A stretch of DNA of 64,000 nt. It comes from Candidatus Nanoarchaeia archaeon. GTDB taxonomy: Archaea; Nanobdellota; Nanobdellia; Woesearchaeales; JANQNE01. Below are positions 35,452-45,693 of this stretch, piece by piece (positions within the stretch are counted from its first letter, which is position 1; the number at the start of each line of letters is the position of its first letter). Under the pieces are notes generated by a model. The model was not told the DNA's origin and did no database searches. It saw only the letters and a list, made by a program, of their open reading frames with translations. Position numbers and translations under genes: made by a program. The DNA lies in the NCBI GenBank assembly GCA_028279725.1, contig JANQNE010000012.1:71348-135347 (forward strand). The letters run 5' to 3'.

Positions 35452-36381
35452 ATGAAAAAAATAGGCCTATGGCTTCCTTCAAGGAAGAACTATAAAAGAG
35501 AGAAAGGAGAAGAGGATTCCTGGCTGTTAAAAGAAGTGGCTGATGAATTAGCTTCTAGATTGAAGAAAGAAATAAAGGGGAAGTTCTTTAATGACCTTAA
35601 TTTTAAGGAGGCTTTTGTAGATTCCGGCAAAGTATGGGTCAATGATGTATGTATGAATGACCTGGATGCTTTCCTGTGGCTTGGAAAGATAAGAGTGGGG
35701 CCTGGGAGCTATCATCTTGAAATATTAAAAGCGATGAGAAGCAATGTTATGAATTCTCCTGATGCGATAGAGATTTGTGCAGATAAGTTCAAGACCCAGG
35801 CATTGTTAAAGAAGAACAAGATAAAAGTTCCTGAAAACTTATTGTTTAATTATGGATATGATAAAGTAAGTTCGCACAGGCCGATAAATAAATTTCTGGA
35901 AAGAAACAAAGAAGTTCTTATAAAGCCAAGATATGGCGGAGCTGGAGTGGGGATAATGAAAGTGGACAGCAGGTCTGACCTTAAAGCTGCCATGGAATAC
36001 TCAGACAAGAGTATACATTTTATCGAGCAGTTTATACCTCATAAGCTGAAAGATTTTATCGGAATAAATGTGATCAACGGCAAGTTTATCCATGGATATA
36101 CTAAAGAAGGAGATTACATTGTAGACGGATGGAAGCCTTATTCAAACAGGCCAGGTGGCATGGTGGTTAAAGAGGCGACTAAAGAGCAGAAGAAAATTGC
36201 GCTGAAAGTTGCAAAGGTTGTGGGGCTTGATTTCTTTGGAGTGGATATGATCACAGATAAGAAAGGAGATACTTATGTTGTTGATATCAATACATTTCCA
36301 GGATTATATCCTGAGATACTGTCTAAGCTGAAAGTTGATGCTATTGGTGAATTAGTCAGTTGTGTTAAGAATAAGTTATAG
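35452..36381 (+). CDS. RimK-like ATP-grasp ligase
   Basis: NSPDAIEICADKF, IKPRYGGAGVGI, IEQFIP, GVDMI, VDINTFPG. Confidence 0.9.
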   Translation: MKKIGLWLPSRKNYKREKGEEDSWLLKEVADELASRLKKEIKGKFFNDLNFKEAFVDSGKVWVNDVCMNDLDAFLWLGKIRVGPGSYHLEILKAMRSNVMNSPDAIEICADKFKTQALLKKNKIKVPENLLFNYGYDKVSSHRPINKFLERNKEVLIKPRYGGAGVGIMKVDSRSDLKAAMEYSDKSIHFIEQFIPHKLKDFIGINVINGKFIHGYTKEGDYIVDGWKPYSNRPGGMVVKEATKEQKKIALKVAKVVGLDFFGVDMITDKKGDTYVVDINTFPGLYPEILSKLKVDAIGELVSCVKNKL

Positions 36382-36445
36382 TTTTTATTACTTCTTAGTG
36401 GTTACAAATAGAAAGATTTATATATTAGTAAAGCATAGTATATGT

Positions 36446-37033
36446 ATGAAAAAGGCATTAATTATCGACCATGGAAGCTCTCTAATGGGTGAATTATTGA
36501 CATCTGTAGGTGATAGAGGGTATGATGGTGTTTTAAAGAATTACAAAAATCTTGGAAAAGCTGATGTTGGGCAATATCATGCTGTAATCTCTGGAGGAGG
36601 TAATTCAAAGATAGCTGGTAATCCTGATCTAGAAGATGAGCTTAGAATCTGGGATGAATGTGAAGTGAGAGATATCCCTATGATGGGAATATGCCATGGG
36701 GCCCAGATAGGAGCGCATAATTCCGGCGGAAAATATTCTAAATTAAACAGTGCGCGTAAGGGTATATTTGATGATTATAAGATAGAGAAAGATGATCCAT
36801 TATTGAAAGGAGTTGAAAATCTGACCGCACTGGAATGGCATGATTATAATATAGGCAGTGTTGGGGAAAGTTATGAAGTGCTTATGACTGATTCTAAAGG
36901 CAATATACAGATCGGAAGGCATAAAGATTCAAGAATCTATCTTGTTGAGTTTCATCCAGAAGCTAACAGGCCAAAAGATAATCCAGTGACAAATGGCGGA
37001 AAAATAATCAATAATTTCTTAGAAATGAAATAG
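36446..37033 (+). CDS. Class I glutamine amidotransferase-like / gamma-glutamyl hydrolase-like protein
   Basis: IIDHGS, ISGG, GICHGAQ, EFHPE (Cys-His-Glu triad). Confidence 0.88.
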   Translation: MKKALIIDHGSSLMGELLTSVGDRGYDGVLKNYKNLGKADVGQYHAVISGGGNSKIAGNPDLEDELRIWDECEVRDIPMMGICHGAQIGAHNSGGKYSKLNSARKGIFDDYKIEKDDPLLKGVENLTALEWHDYNIGSVGESYEVLMTDSKGNIQIGRHKDSRIYLVEFHPEANRPKDNPVTNGGKIINNFLEMK

Positions 37034-37633
37034 TTATTTTTTATAAGGTATGCTGTCAAGTATCTCATACATCAGCTTCTTTCCTACTCCTTTTTCTGCA
37101 TGACCCTGGATGCCGATATGCCTTGGATTTGATCTTGCCTTGAAGACTTCATAGATCTTTCCTTTTGCACCATTGTGGAATTCCTGGTCGCTAGATGCTA
37201 TATGTTCTAATTTTGAATCTGCTCCTTTCAAAGGGATGCCCCAGCTGTGAGATTTATGTATGTGCTCTTTCTTGCCTTTGTATTGGATCTGCTGTTTTCC
37301 TTTCTGATGTGATGATAATCTTTTTGAGTCTACGCCGTGGTGTTTTGCTAATACCTGAGCTCCGTAGCATGTTCCTATTATGTATGTTTCTTTGTGTGCG
37401 TTTTTTATTATGTAGTTGCTTACTTCATCATTAAGGTTTTTCTTTACCCTACTTCCTGATAGGTGGATAATGTCATAATCTTTTAGGTCTTTTTTTGACA
37501 ACTGCTTTACCTTATCATGAGTTACTGAATGTACTGTATATGAATTATCAGGGTGGTTTGTGTACATATTTTTAAGATGAGAAATATAGCTAGAACCATG
37601 GTCAACAACCAGGACTTTTTTGTTTTTAGTCAT
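37034..37633 (-). CDS. Class I glutamine amidotransferase-like protein
   Basis: VVDHGSSY, LSGS, GTCYGAQ, IQGHAE. Start 37633 overlaps the GNAT stop (ATGA). Confidence 0.82.
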   Translation of the reverse strand: MTKNKKVLVVDHGSSYISHLKNMYTNHPDNSYTVHSVTHDKVKQLSKKDLKDYDIIHLSGSRVKKNLNDEVSNYIIKNAHKETYIIGTCYGAQVLAKHHGVDSKRLSSHQKGKQQIQYKGKKEHIHKSHSWGIPLKGADSKLEHIASSDQEFHNGAKGKIYEVFKARSNPRHIGIQGHAEKGVGKKLMYEILDSIPYKK

Positions 37634-38094
37634 ATTTTCCTGTACATGTTTATGGACTGATCTTTGAAGCTGAATTTTTTGTACATGTCTATAAGGGATC
37701 TGTTTGACTTGTATACTGTCAGTGTTAATCCTGTTGCTTCTCTTGACCTGAACCATTGTGTAAGCGCCTCTAATAGTTTTTTTGCAACTCCCTTTTTCCT
37801 ATATTTTTCTGTAACATACAGGTTTCCTATAGACCCTCTTCTTTCATAGCCTGTGACTCTTAGTGACCTGTATATCCTTCCTATAATCATGCCTATCGGC
37901 CTGTTGTCTTCTATTGCTATGAATACTGCTCTCCATTCTCCCTTTATGTCCCTTTCAAGATAGTCTCTGTAGTTTTCTTTTACTTTTTCTATAGGGAGGA
38001 GGGTCTTGTTGTGTTTTCTTTCATCTTCTTTTGATTCCAGCTTTAGCTTAAAGAGCTGTTCAAAATCATCCATCGTTGCTTCTCTTATTTCCAT
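37630..38094 (-). CDS. GNAT N-acetyltransferase
   Basis: IREAT..D, LYVTEKYRKKGVAKKLL, N...MYKKFSF. Confidence 0.92.
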   Translation of the reverse strand: MEIREATMDDFEQLFKLKLESKEDERKHNKTLLPIEKVKENYRDYLERDIKGEWRAVFIAIEDNRPIGMIIGRIYRSLRVTGYERRGSIGNLYVTEKYRKKGVAKKLLEALTQWFRSREATGLTLTVYKSNRSLIDMYKKFSFKDQSINMYRKI

Positions 38095-39113
38095 CTTTTT
38101 ATGTCTGACAATACTCTTTTTGACAGGTTGAATCTTTTTGATCCAGGGAATCCTGGAAATACGTTGACTTCTATTACTATCGGCTTCTTTGTCTTTCCGT
38201 CAAACATTATGTCTATGCCTGCGAATTTTGCTTTTAGTGCAGATGCTGAGTTAATTGCGTTTGTTTTTGCTTTGGCTAATAATGATTTTGGGATCTTTTT
38301 CAGGAAATTCTGTGTCTCTCCTTTCCCTCCCTGTGAGATATTCGTTGTTACTGATATATCTTTATTGCTTCTTGGATACATGTAGACAACTTTTCCAAAG
38401 CTTACATACACCCTTAGGTCGAACTTTCTTTCTTCTATGAGATAAGGAGAGATCTCTTCTTCTATTGTTATGTCCTGTTTCAATAGCTGTTTTAGGAAAT
38501 CTTTGTCTTCTATATTTATGAAAGACCAGCCATAGTCTGATTTCCTGCTTTTTATCTTTTTATTTTTGAACCTGAAGTTTGTCTTGCAGCTGTCTTTTGT
38601 GAGAAAGGTTATGCCTTTCCCCATAGCTCCATATCTTACTTTTATGAAAAGGTTTTTTCTTTTTGATAATGATGTTATGTCTTTTATGCTTCTTGTGGTT
38701 ATTGTCCTTGGAATGTCTACTTTGTATTTTTTTAGGATCTCTTTTGTTATTTCCTTGTCTCTGTCTAAGTGCATCATCTCAGGGTGTATCACATAGTGGA
38801 TATTTTTGTTTTTGTATGCTGATTCTGTATTTTTTTGTATCCTTTTGCATACCTTTACGAATCTTTTGTAGAACTTCTCGCTTCCGTATACTCCATGATA
38901 ATGTTTTGGCTCTATATATGTATCCCAGTATTCGAAAGGAAAGAAGTAGTAGATGATTATGTTTTCTGTAGTTATTTTTGGGAATCTTTTTGACAAGACT
39001 TCGTTGTAGGATAGTGTCTTGAAGTTTTTTGATGAGTTTCCTGATCTTGCAAACTTATTAAAGCTTTCCCAGTCTTTTTTGTCTCCTATAGCTAAGATTG
39101 TTGAGTCCTTCAT
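38085..39113 (-). CDS. ATP-grasp ligase (RimK/YheC-D-like)
   Basis: DK..T, IKVRYGAMGKGI, KFDLRVYV, TTNISQGG, GIDIM, IEVNVFPG. Confidence 0.88.
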   Translation of the reverse strand: MKDSTILAIGDKKDWESFNKFARSGNSSKNFKTLSYNEVLSKRFPKITTENIIIYYFFPFEYWDTYIEPKHYHGVYGSEKFYKRFVKVCKRIQKNTESAYKNKNIHYVIHPEMMHLDRDKEITKEILKKYKVDIPRTITTRSIKDITSLSKRKNLFIKVRYGAMGKGITFLTKDSCKTNFRFKNKKIKSRKSDYGWSFINIEDKDFLKQLLKQDITIEEEISPYLIEERKFDLRVYVSFGKVVYMYPRSNKDISVTTNISQGGKGETQNFLKKIPKSLLAKAKTNAINSASALKAKFAGIDIMFDGKTKKPIVIEVNVFPGFPGSKRFNLSKRVLSDIKRWK

Positions 39114-39229
39114 AACAGCTGTTTTGTTTATAAGATATATATTTGTTTTGGTTGTGGACTACGCTTGGTGCTATGCAACCCAAAGTTTTAAATATGGATA
39201 ATATTTTGGATAGGTTAAGAGGTGATAGG

Positions 39230-40615
39230 GTGAAATTTACAAAGATCGTTGCGACTATTGGGCCAGCGTGTGATTCTTTGGTCAAGCTGAAAGAGCTGAA
39301 GAATGCTGGGATGGATGTTGCAAGACTTAATTTTTCTCATGGTGATTATTCTTATTTTACTGGTGTGATAAAGAAAGTCAGAAAGGTCTCTAAGAGGGTC
39401 CCTATATTGTTAGATACTAAAGGTCCTGAGATAAGGACTGGTATTGTCGATAAGCCTATTGAGATCAAAAGAGGGCAGGTTATCGCATTTACTCCGCATA
39501 AGGTTTCTGGGAGCAGTAAGTTGATCCCTATAAATTACAAAGGGCTTGCTAAAGATGTTAAGAAAGGAAATACGATCTTAGCTGATGATGGTAAATTAGA
39601 ATTTAAAGTACTGGGAAAAAGAGGTGACCATGTTATCTGCAGGGTCATGAACAGCGGTCTGGTGAAGTCGCAGAAATCGATGGACATTCCAGGGGTTTCT
39701 GTGAGCTTGCCAGACATAACTTCTAAAGATGTAAGTGATATAAAGTATGGGCTGAAGATGGGTATTGATATAATTGCAGCATCTTTAGTTAGAAGTGCAA
39801 GTGCTATCAAGAAGATAAAGAAATTAGTGGGAAAGCATAATGTTATGGTTATCGCTAAGATTGAGCATCCTGATGCGATCAAGAATCTGGACAGTATATT
39901 GGAAGTTAGTGATGGGATAATGGTTGCCCGTGGTGATTTAGGGTTAAATATCCCTACTGAAGAGGTTCCTGTCGCTCAGAAAAAGATAATAAAGAAATGC
40001 AATGCTGCTGGAAAGCCGGTTGTTGTTGCAACACAGATGCTGGAATCTATGACAGAGAATCCCAGACCGACAAGAGCTGAAGCTAGTGATGTTGCGAATG
40101 CAATATATGACGGAGCAGATGGTGTTATGTTATCAGGAGAAACTGCTGGTGGAAAATATCCTGTTGTGTCTGTCAAGACTATGGCAAAGATATGTGAAAT
40201 ATCTGATGGGCATTATAAGCATAAGATGATGGATGTTGACAGAAGGGAAAGTATTCCTGAAAGTATCTCTATCATTGTTAATGAGGCAGCAGAAGAGATG
40301 GATGTAACTGCTATCGTAGCTCCTACTTGTTCTGGGTTTTCAGCTAGATTGATAGCGAAGCATAAGCCAAGAGTTCCTATTATTGCTTTGACAAATAATG
40401 AGAGAACAATGAGGCAAATGGGAATTACAAGAGGGGTATTTCAGTTTGAGTCCATACATCATGACCTGAAGAAATTAACTGTAGATGCTATAAGGGATGC
40501 TGAGAAATCTAAATTAGTCAAGAAGAATGATAAGATAATATTAGTGTATAATACAAGCAAGATGCTTTGTACAACAAATGCTGTAGAAATTAGAGAAGTT
40601 AAAGAGTTTGTCTGA
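39230..40615 (+). CDS. pyk: Pyruvate kinase
   Basis: TKIVATIGP, RLNFSHG, DTKGPEIRTG, IMVARGDLG, ATQMLESM. GAGGTGA RBS before the GTG at 39230. Confidence 0.98.
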   Translation: MKFTKIVATIGPACDSLVKLKELKNAGMDVARLNFSHGDYSYFTGVIKKVRKVSKRVPILLDTKGPEIRTGIVDKPIEIKRGQVIAFTPHKVSGSSKLIPINYKGLAKDVKKGNTILADDGKLEFKVLGKRGDHVICRVMNSGLVKSQKSMDIPGVSVSLPDITSKDVSDIKYGLKMGIDIIAASLVRSASAIKKIKKLVGKHNVMVIAKIEHPDAIKNLDSILEVSDGIMVARGDLGLNIPTEEVPVAQKKIIKKCNAAGKPVVVATQMLESMTENPRPTRAEASDVANAIYDGADGVMLSGETAGGKYPVVSVKTMAKICEISDGHYKHKMMDVDRRESIPESISIIVNEAAEEMDVTAIVAPTCSGFSARLIAKHKPRVPIIALTNNERTMRQMGITRGVFQFESIHHDLKKLTVDAIRDAEKSKLVKKNDKIILVYNTSKMLCTTNAVEIREVKEFV

Positions 40616-41626
40616 TTATTTATCCCAAAGCTTGTAACGTGTGTTGGTTCTGTGTTTTTCCTCTATCTCTTCTGCCCAATCTTCATGTATCTTCCATCCC
40701 ACAAGTTTTTCTTTTTTGCAGGTGTGGTTTGGCAATATACGTTCGTCGAAATCTTTCTTTCCTTCATGTTCTTTAAGCATAGCTGCCCATTTCTCTCCAT
40801 TTAAAGTTGGCTTTCTGCCATAAGCTTTACGAAGGTTGTATGCTGCTTTGTGGTGATTTTCATTAATTAATTTTGCATATTCTTTTACAACACCCCAATA
40901 GGACAGTTTATCTCTGTTTTGTTTGACTATGTCTGTATCCCTACCTTTACTAGCTCTATATTGTTTTAGTATTTTTTCTGAAGTTAAAGTATCTTTTTTA
41001 ACTGGAGTTTGGTATCCTTCAGATGGATCCGGATCTCCATCATAAGATGTTGAGGTATCTTCCTGAACTGTTGAGTCTTCTGGTGTCATAGCTTTAGCAA
41101 CTACGTCGCTCAGTTCCTGGTCTGGTGTTGAGTCTGTTGAAGTTGATTCTGTTTTTGGTATGACTGCTACTGAGTCTCCGCTTGCTAATTCTAATCCTTT
41201 TCTTGATAAATTTCCTATTGTATTAGTTATTCCAGATTTTGCTGAATAAAAAACAGAAGATATCTTGTTTCCTATTGTAGTACGATATATTGCTCCTGCA
41301 GTGATCAATATAGAAAGTGCTGCAGTAAGAGCTAATCCTTTAAAAGAAATTCCTTTGTATACTTCTTTCTGTTCTTTTAGTTTTTCTATATTTATGTAAC
41401 CATCAGCGTCTATTTTTGAACGCATATAGCTTACGATCTCTTTCTGCTCTTCTGCATCCCTTGCTGGAAGCATAACAGAAAATCCATCTTTGTCAGAAAG
41501 CTGTTCTTTTTTAAGTTCTTCAAATTCGTCAGTGTGAGAAGTTTGTTCTGGCTTAGAGTCCTCTTTACTTTGTTCAAGCTGTCTCATTAAATTCTGATTT
41601 GCTATTTTTGAAGCTCTCTTCGCCAT
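40616..41626 (-). CDS. Hypothetical bitopic membrane protein
   Basis: Central TM GLALTAALSILITAGAIY, S/T/D-rich linker, last gene of a 4-gene operon. Confidence 0.75.
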   Translation of the reverse strand: MAKRASKIANQNLMRQLEQSKEDSKPEQTSHTDEFEELKKEQLSDKDGFSVMLPARDAEEQKEIVSYMRSKIDADGYINIEKLKEQKEVYKGISFKGLALTAALSILITAGAIYRTTIGNKISSVFYSAKSGITNTIGNLSRKGLELASGDSVAVIPKTESTSTDSTPDQELSDVVAKAMTPEDSTVQEDTSTSYDGDPDPSEGYQTPVKKDTLTSEKILKQYRASKGRDTDIVKQNRDKLSYWGVVKEYAKLINENHHKAAYNLRKAYGRKPTLNGEKWAAMLKEHEGKKDFDERILPNHTCKKEKLVGWKIHEDWAEEIEEKHRTNTRYKLWDK

Positions 41627-41634
41627 TTTTCATT

Positions 41635-42699
41635 TTATTTTAATAGTCTATCTGCCTGTTTTGCATAAGCATTATCGATCTGCTGCTGTGTAACTCCCAT
41701 ATCGACAAGCATCTCAGCTATCTTTTCTGCTTTTGATTCTTGCCCTTGCACCATGTAGCCAGCCATCTTTTCTAGAGCGTAGTTAGCTATCTTAGTCCTT
41801 AGATCGCCTTCTTCCTGAAGGGAATATTCCTGGTTTAAGCCTCTTGCCTGATCTTCAAGATTGAAAGCTTTTACTATAGCTTCTATCGCATCATCAATAT
41901 CATGATTTTTGAACTCGTTTTCTGCTGTCCTTAGCTGTTTAGCAGATTCATTATGCAATGATTGTGAATATTTCCTCTGCATCTCAGGAACTTTTGAATT
42001 ATATTCATCGCTGTGTCCTGCTGCAAGCTGAGAATATTTCAATGCCATCTCATAATCTCCTTTTTTTGCGAACTTATCAGCTTTTCCAGCCAGATGCCTT
42101 GCAATGTGTCTTTTCTTGCTTCCGAAAAGATTTCTTCCCTGATCATATGATTGTGATTTTATCTGTGCACCTTCCTGTTTTGGAAGAGGTGTAGTCTGAG
42201 GCATGAAGTTTGATGCTCCATATCTTGGAGTTGTTGAAGACTGACCCTGGATGGTTGCATATTTATTAAGGATCTTATCGAGCTGGTCTTTGCACTCAAC
42301 TGTTTTCAATTGTTTATTATCTTTATTATCATATAGGTCGAAGCTTTTGTCTATGTTAGCTCTTATTACAATTGTATCTCCTCTTCCCATATTTGCTTTT
42401 TTAACCAGATCTTCGATTCCATCTTTTATGCAATCTCCTACTGAGTTTCCTAAGAATCTTAGATCGTTAGCATCTTTAGCTCCTTTGAATATCAGTTCCA
42501 TAGCTTTTTTTGTAGTTCTTCTTATCGAGCTTGGGTCTGATCCATTGATAGCTACTTTGAATGGTTCATTATAAGCTATATTTCCTCTCTGAAGCAAATG
42601 ACCATGAGCATTTATTTCCTGATCTGAAGGTCCAGCTGTAGCTTTAGCTACTCCAACTGCTGTCAAAATTGCCATGAATGTGTTAAAGATCTTTCCCAT
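41635..42699 (-). CDS. Hypothetical secreted protein with a TPR-like helical C-terminus
   Basis: N-terminal signal peptide; AKKGDYEMALKY and DIDDAIEAIVKA TPR-like helices. Confidence 0.7.
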   Translation of the reverse strand: MGKIFNTFMAILTAVGVAKATAGPSDQEINAHGHLLQRGNIAYNEPFKVAINGSDPSSIRRTTKKAMELIFKGAKDANDLRFLGNSVGDCIKDGIEDLVKKANMGRGDTIVIRANIDKSFDLYDNKDNKQLKTVECKDQLDKILNKYATIQGQSSTTPRYGASNFMPQTTPLPKQEGAQIKSQSYDQGRNLFGSKKRHIARHLAGKADKFAKKGDYEMALKYSQLAAGHSDEYNSKVPEMQRKYSQSLHNESAKQLRTAENEFKNHDIDDAIEAIVKAFNLEDQARGLNQEYSLQEEGDLRTKIANYALEKMAGYMVQGQESKAEKIAEMLVDMGVTQQQIDNAYAKQADRLLK

Positions 42700-42700
42700 T

Positions 42701-43792
42701 TTATTCTCCTTTGCAGTATTTTTCAGCTTTCTGCAATACGTTTTCTATGTTTTTATTGTAATTTGATCCTATTGTGACATCTTTCTGAAGCTTTCCTTTT
42801 TGGTCAAGCATCATAAGATGATATTTTCCATCATCCTGCCATTCCAGCTTTATTGAGCTTAATTTTCCGTCTTTAAGCAATCCGTCTATGTGGCTTTGTG
42901 TGAATTCATTGATAAGTACATTATCAAGCTCTACAAGGATGTTGTATAATCCTTTGTCTCTTGATGTTCTTTGGACCATATCTGGTGATTGTGAAGTGTA
43001 AATCTCAAAAAGTGCTCCTGTGAATTTTGACGGAGCTTCGTAATTACAGTTTATGTTAGTGTTAGCACCTACTCTGTAATCTAAAGTAGATTGTCTACGA
43101 GCTGTTTCTGCTTTGTCTGCTTCGATTGTACTGTCTTTTTTTGCTATCTCTGTTCTTATTTTTCTTGCTGCTCTTTTCTTTTTAATCAAAGTGTAGATTG
43201 AATCTGAAAGATCTTTGTGTCTGCTGACTTTTAGACCATAATCTCCCATCAAGTCGTCCATATCATCAACTAATCGTTTTTGTCCTGCTACAGGTTCTCC
43301 TTTTATCAGTCCTACTTCTTCATTCAATACTTTTTTAGCAGCTCCATAATTTCCTTTTAATATATGTCCTATTACTTTAGTATTTCTTGCATCATATTTT
43401 GCTTTTATAGCTTTTCCTTGCTTTAATGTGTCTAAAAGACCAAGCAAATCTCTATCTTGAACAGTTTCTGTCTGTTTTTTAACAGCTTTGTAAGCTTCTC
43501 TTACTTCTCCTTTTTCTAAGTGCTGAGTAACGATTTCTCTTATATTATCTGAAGTTTTTTTGATAGTAGCTTCTTGTTTAGCAATCTCTTTATCTCTCTG
43601 AACAACTTTTTGTTCTGCTCCTCTATGTTGAAGTTTGAATACTCCTGCAACAGCTAAAGCAAGTGCTCCTAACCCGCCTAATGTGTATGTAACTCCTCTC
43701 AATAATGGACTTCTCCTCCATATATTCATCCTCTGGCTGCTTGCTCTGCCTTTCATCGCTTCTTTTATTGAGTGTGGAATCCTGCTGCTCAT
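42701..43792 (-). CDS. Hypothetical membrane-anchored coiled-coil protein
   Basis: TM LGGLGALALAVAGVF followed by a coiled coil. ATGA overlap with the ATPase gene. Confidence 0.75.
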   Translation of the reverse strand: MSSRIPHSIKEAMKGRASSQRMNIWRRSPLLRGVTYTLGGLGALALAVAGVFKLQHRGAEQKVVQRDKEIAKQEATIKKTSDNIREIVTQHLEKGEVREAYKAVKKQTETVQDRDLLGLLDTLKQGKAIKAKYDARNTKVIGHILKGNYGAAKKVLNEEVGLIKGEPVAGQKRLVDDMDDLMGDYGLKVSRHKDLSDSIYTLIKKKRAARKIRTEIAKKDSTIEADKAETARRQSTLDYRVGANTNINCNYEAPSKFTGALFEIYTSQSPDMVQRTSRDKGLYNILVELDNVLINEFTQSHIDGLLKDGKLSSIKLEWQDDGKYHLMMLDQKGKLQKDVTIGSNYNKNIENVLQKAEKYCKGE

Positions 43793-45438
43793 CTTTTCTC
43801 ACCTTGTTTAGCTCTTTCTTTTTCTACGATATGCTGTGTAAGCATGTTAAGTGTCTTTCCTCCGTTAATCTCATCGTCTTTGCTGTATTTCTTCCTGTCT
43901 TCTTCTCCTCCAACCAGATGATAGTCTCCTGACTTTGGATTTTTGAAAACAGTAAAGAATCCGTCTCCATTGATTGTCTGTATTCCTGAAACTTCTCTTA
44001 TGATCCTGTTTTCGTCAAAGTAAGTCTGCCTTGCAATTTCACCTATGTAATCATCAAATACGCTGATAGGGATGTCTTCTCCACGATCTCCTTTTATAAC
44101 TCTTGAAAGAGTGTTTCTCATCTCTTTAATCTCTGAGTTTGATTTATGTTCTGGAGTCTGGAACTTGACTATTCCATCTTCTCCAAAATAATTTATATCT
44201 ACACCAAGATCATAATGGGCTCTTGTGATCATATCTGCTAAATATCCCATGGCCTTTTCTACCTTATTTTTGATCTCTCTTGCATCTACGCATCCAGATC
44301 CTACTCTGTTCATGACAACATAAACCTCATTAAATCTTCCCATAGCTTTCTTTATCCTGTCATTGATCTGTAATCTTTGCTCATCTGAGAATTCTGATTT
44401 GTTCAAGCTTTGGTATTCTGCTCTTAGCTCTTCCACTTTAGCTTTAGATTCATCATCATCCTTAAGACCATACTCACCTATCTTTCTCTGTATCTCTGAT
44501 AATCTTTCTGAGTTTTCAGGAGCTTTAGTGAAATATTCAAAGAAATCTGCATGTGATGTTCCTTCAGCGTTGAATACATCCATAACTTTTTTGTCAAGTC
44601 CGTCCTCTGCTGAGAACTCTTCTTTGATAGCATTGTTTATGCTGTACTCCAGGATCTTAAGTGCTGCATCCATTGATGCATCGTCATGGTTAACTACTAA
44701 AACTTTATAATCAGCATTGAGGAATGTGTTAACCTTGTGATCTTCACTTCCAGCTCCACAGTCATCAACTGTTATGTTGTCTTTTTCTGCTATGTTGTCA
44801 TAAAACTGGTTAAGCTTTTCTGCGAATAGAGGATAATTTTTCTGTAAGTTTGCTAAGTTCTGATCGTCTTCTGCAACAACAACTCCTAAGTTTTCTATGT
44901 TTGTTGTATTAAGCAATCCTTTAAGGTTTACTTTGTTATCAAGAATATCACTTAATCTGTTTCTTACAACTTGTCTAGCATCGTCGCTGTCCAGTCTTTT
45001 AAGGATTTTTAACACATCATCTCCTTCAACAAATGAATCAATATTTCTGTAGGATCCTTTGTTTTCGATATTTAACAGAGATTCAACAAGTTGCTGAGGT
45101 TCTCTTGTATCTCCTGTAGAATGTGCAAGTTTTTCCATAGCAAGAAGTAGTTCGTGACCACCCACATCATCTTTTTTTGCATCTTTAATATTTTGAATCA
45201 AGACTGATTCAATATCTTTTATCTTTTTGTGAATAGGAATATACTCCTCTAATGGCTCGTGCATCAGAGTCCGATTTATTATGTTAGATTGGAATACGTC
45301 TAGACCATTTGGATCTTCTAGGTCTCTCTCGATATAAACAACATTATATCCCTGAACTGCTAAAGATACTGCTGAATTAGCTGCTACTGTAGTCTTACCA
45401 GTACCACCTTTAGAACCTGAAAATGCTATTTTTACCAT
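43789..45438 (-). CDS. MinD/FlhG/ParA-family ATPase with large helical insertions
   Basis: Deviant Walker A SKGGTGKTT, ERDLEDPN, VDDCGAG, FLNAD, VVMNRV. GGAGG before the ATG at 45438. Confidence 0.85.
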   Translation of the reverse strand: MVKIAFSGSKGGTGKTTVAANSAVSLAVQGYNVVYIERDLEDPNGLDVFQSNIINRTLMHEPLEEYIPIHKKIKDIESVLIQNIKDAKKDDVGGHELLLAMEKLAHSTGDTREPQQLVESLLNIENKGSYRNIDSFVEGDDVLKILKRLDSDDARQVVRNRLSDILDNKVNLKGLLNTTNIENLGVVVAEDDQNLANLQKNYPLFAEKLNQFYDNIAEKDNITVDDCGAGSEDHKVNTFLNADYKVLVVNHDDASMDAALKILEYSINNAIKEEFSAEDGLDKKVMDVFNAEGTSHADFFEYFTKAPENSERLSEIQRKIGEYGLKDDDESKAKVEELRAEYQSLNKSEFSDEQRLQINDRIKKAMGRFNEVYVVMNRVGSGCVDAREIKNKVEKAMGYLADMITRAHYDLGVDINYFGEDGIVKFQTPEHKSNSEIKEMRNTLSRVIKGDRGEDIPISVFDDYIGEIARQTYFDENRIIREVSGIQTINGDGFFTVFKNPKSGDYHLVGGEEDRKKYSKDDEINGGKTLNMLTQHIVEKERAKQGEKR

Positions 45439-45693
45439 CGTATCTTCCTCCAAGTCTCTGTATCCAAACCCTCACATATCTATAGTCATAATATTACTAC
45501 CAGTTAGTAAGTATAACTTATATATAAATCTTTTGTTTTTATTACTACATTGTAGGGGCAACAACTGGTTTGGTGACATAATTATGATGGCAAAAGCTTT
45601 TTAAATAAAAGCTTTCTCCTCCTCTGTAAGAATAGATGTGGGCGATAGCTTGCCTGAATATTCTTGAAATGTAAATAATGGAGGCTAAGAAAA

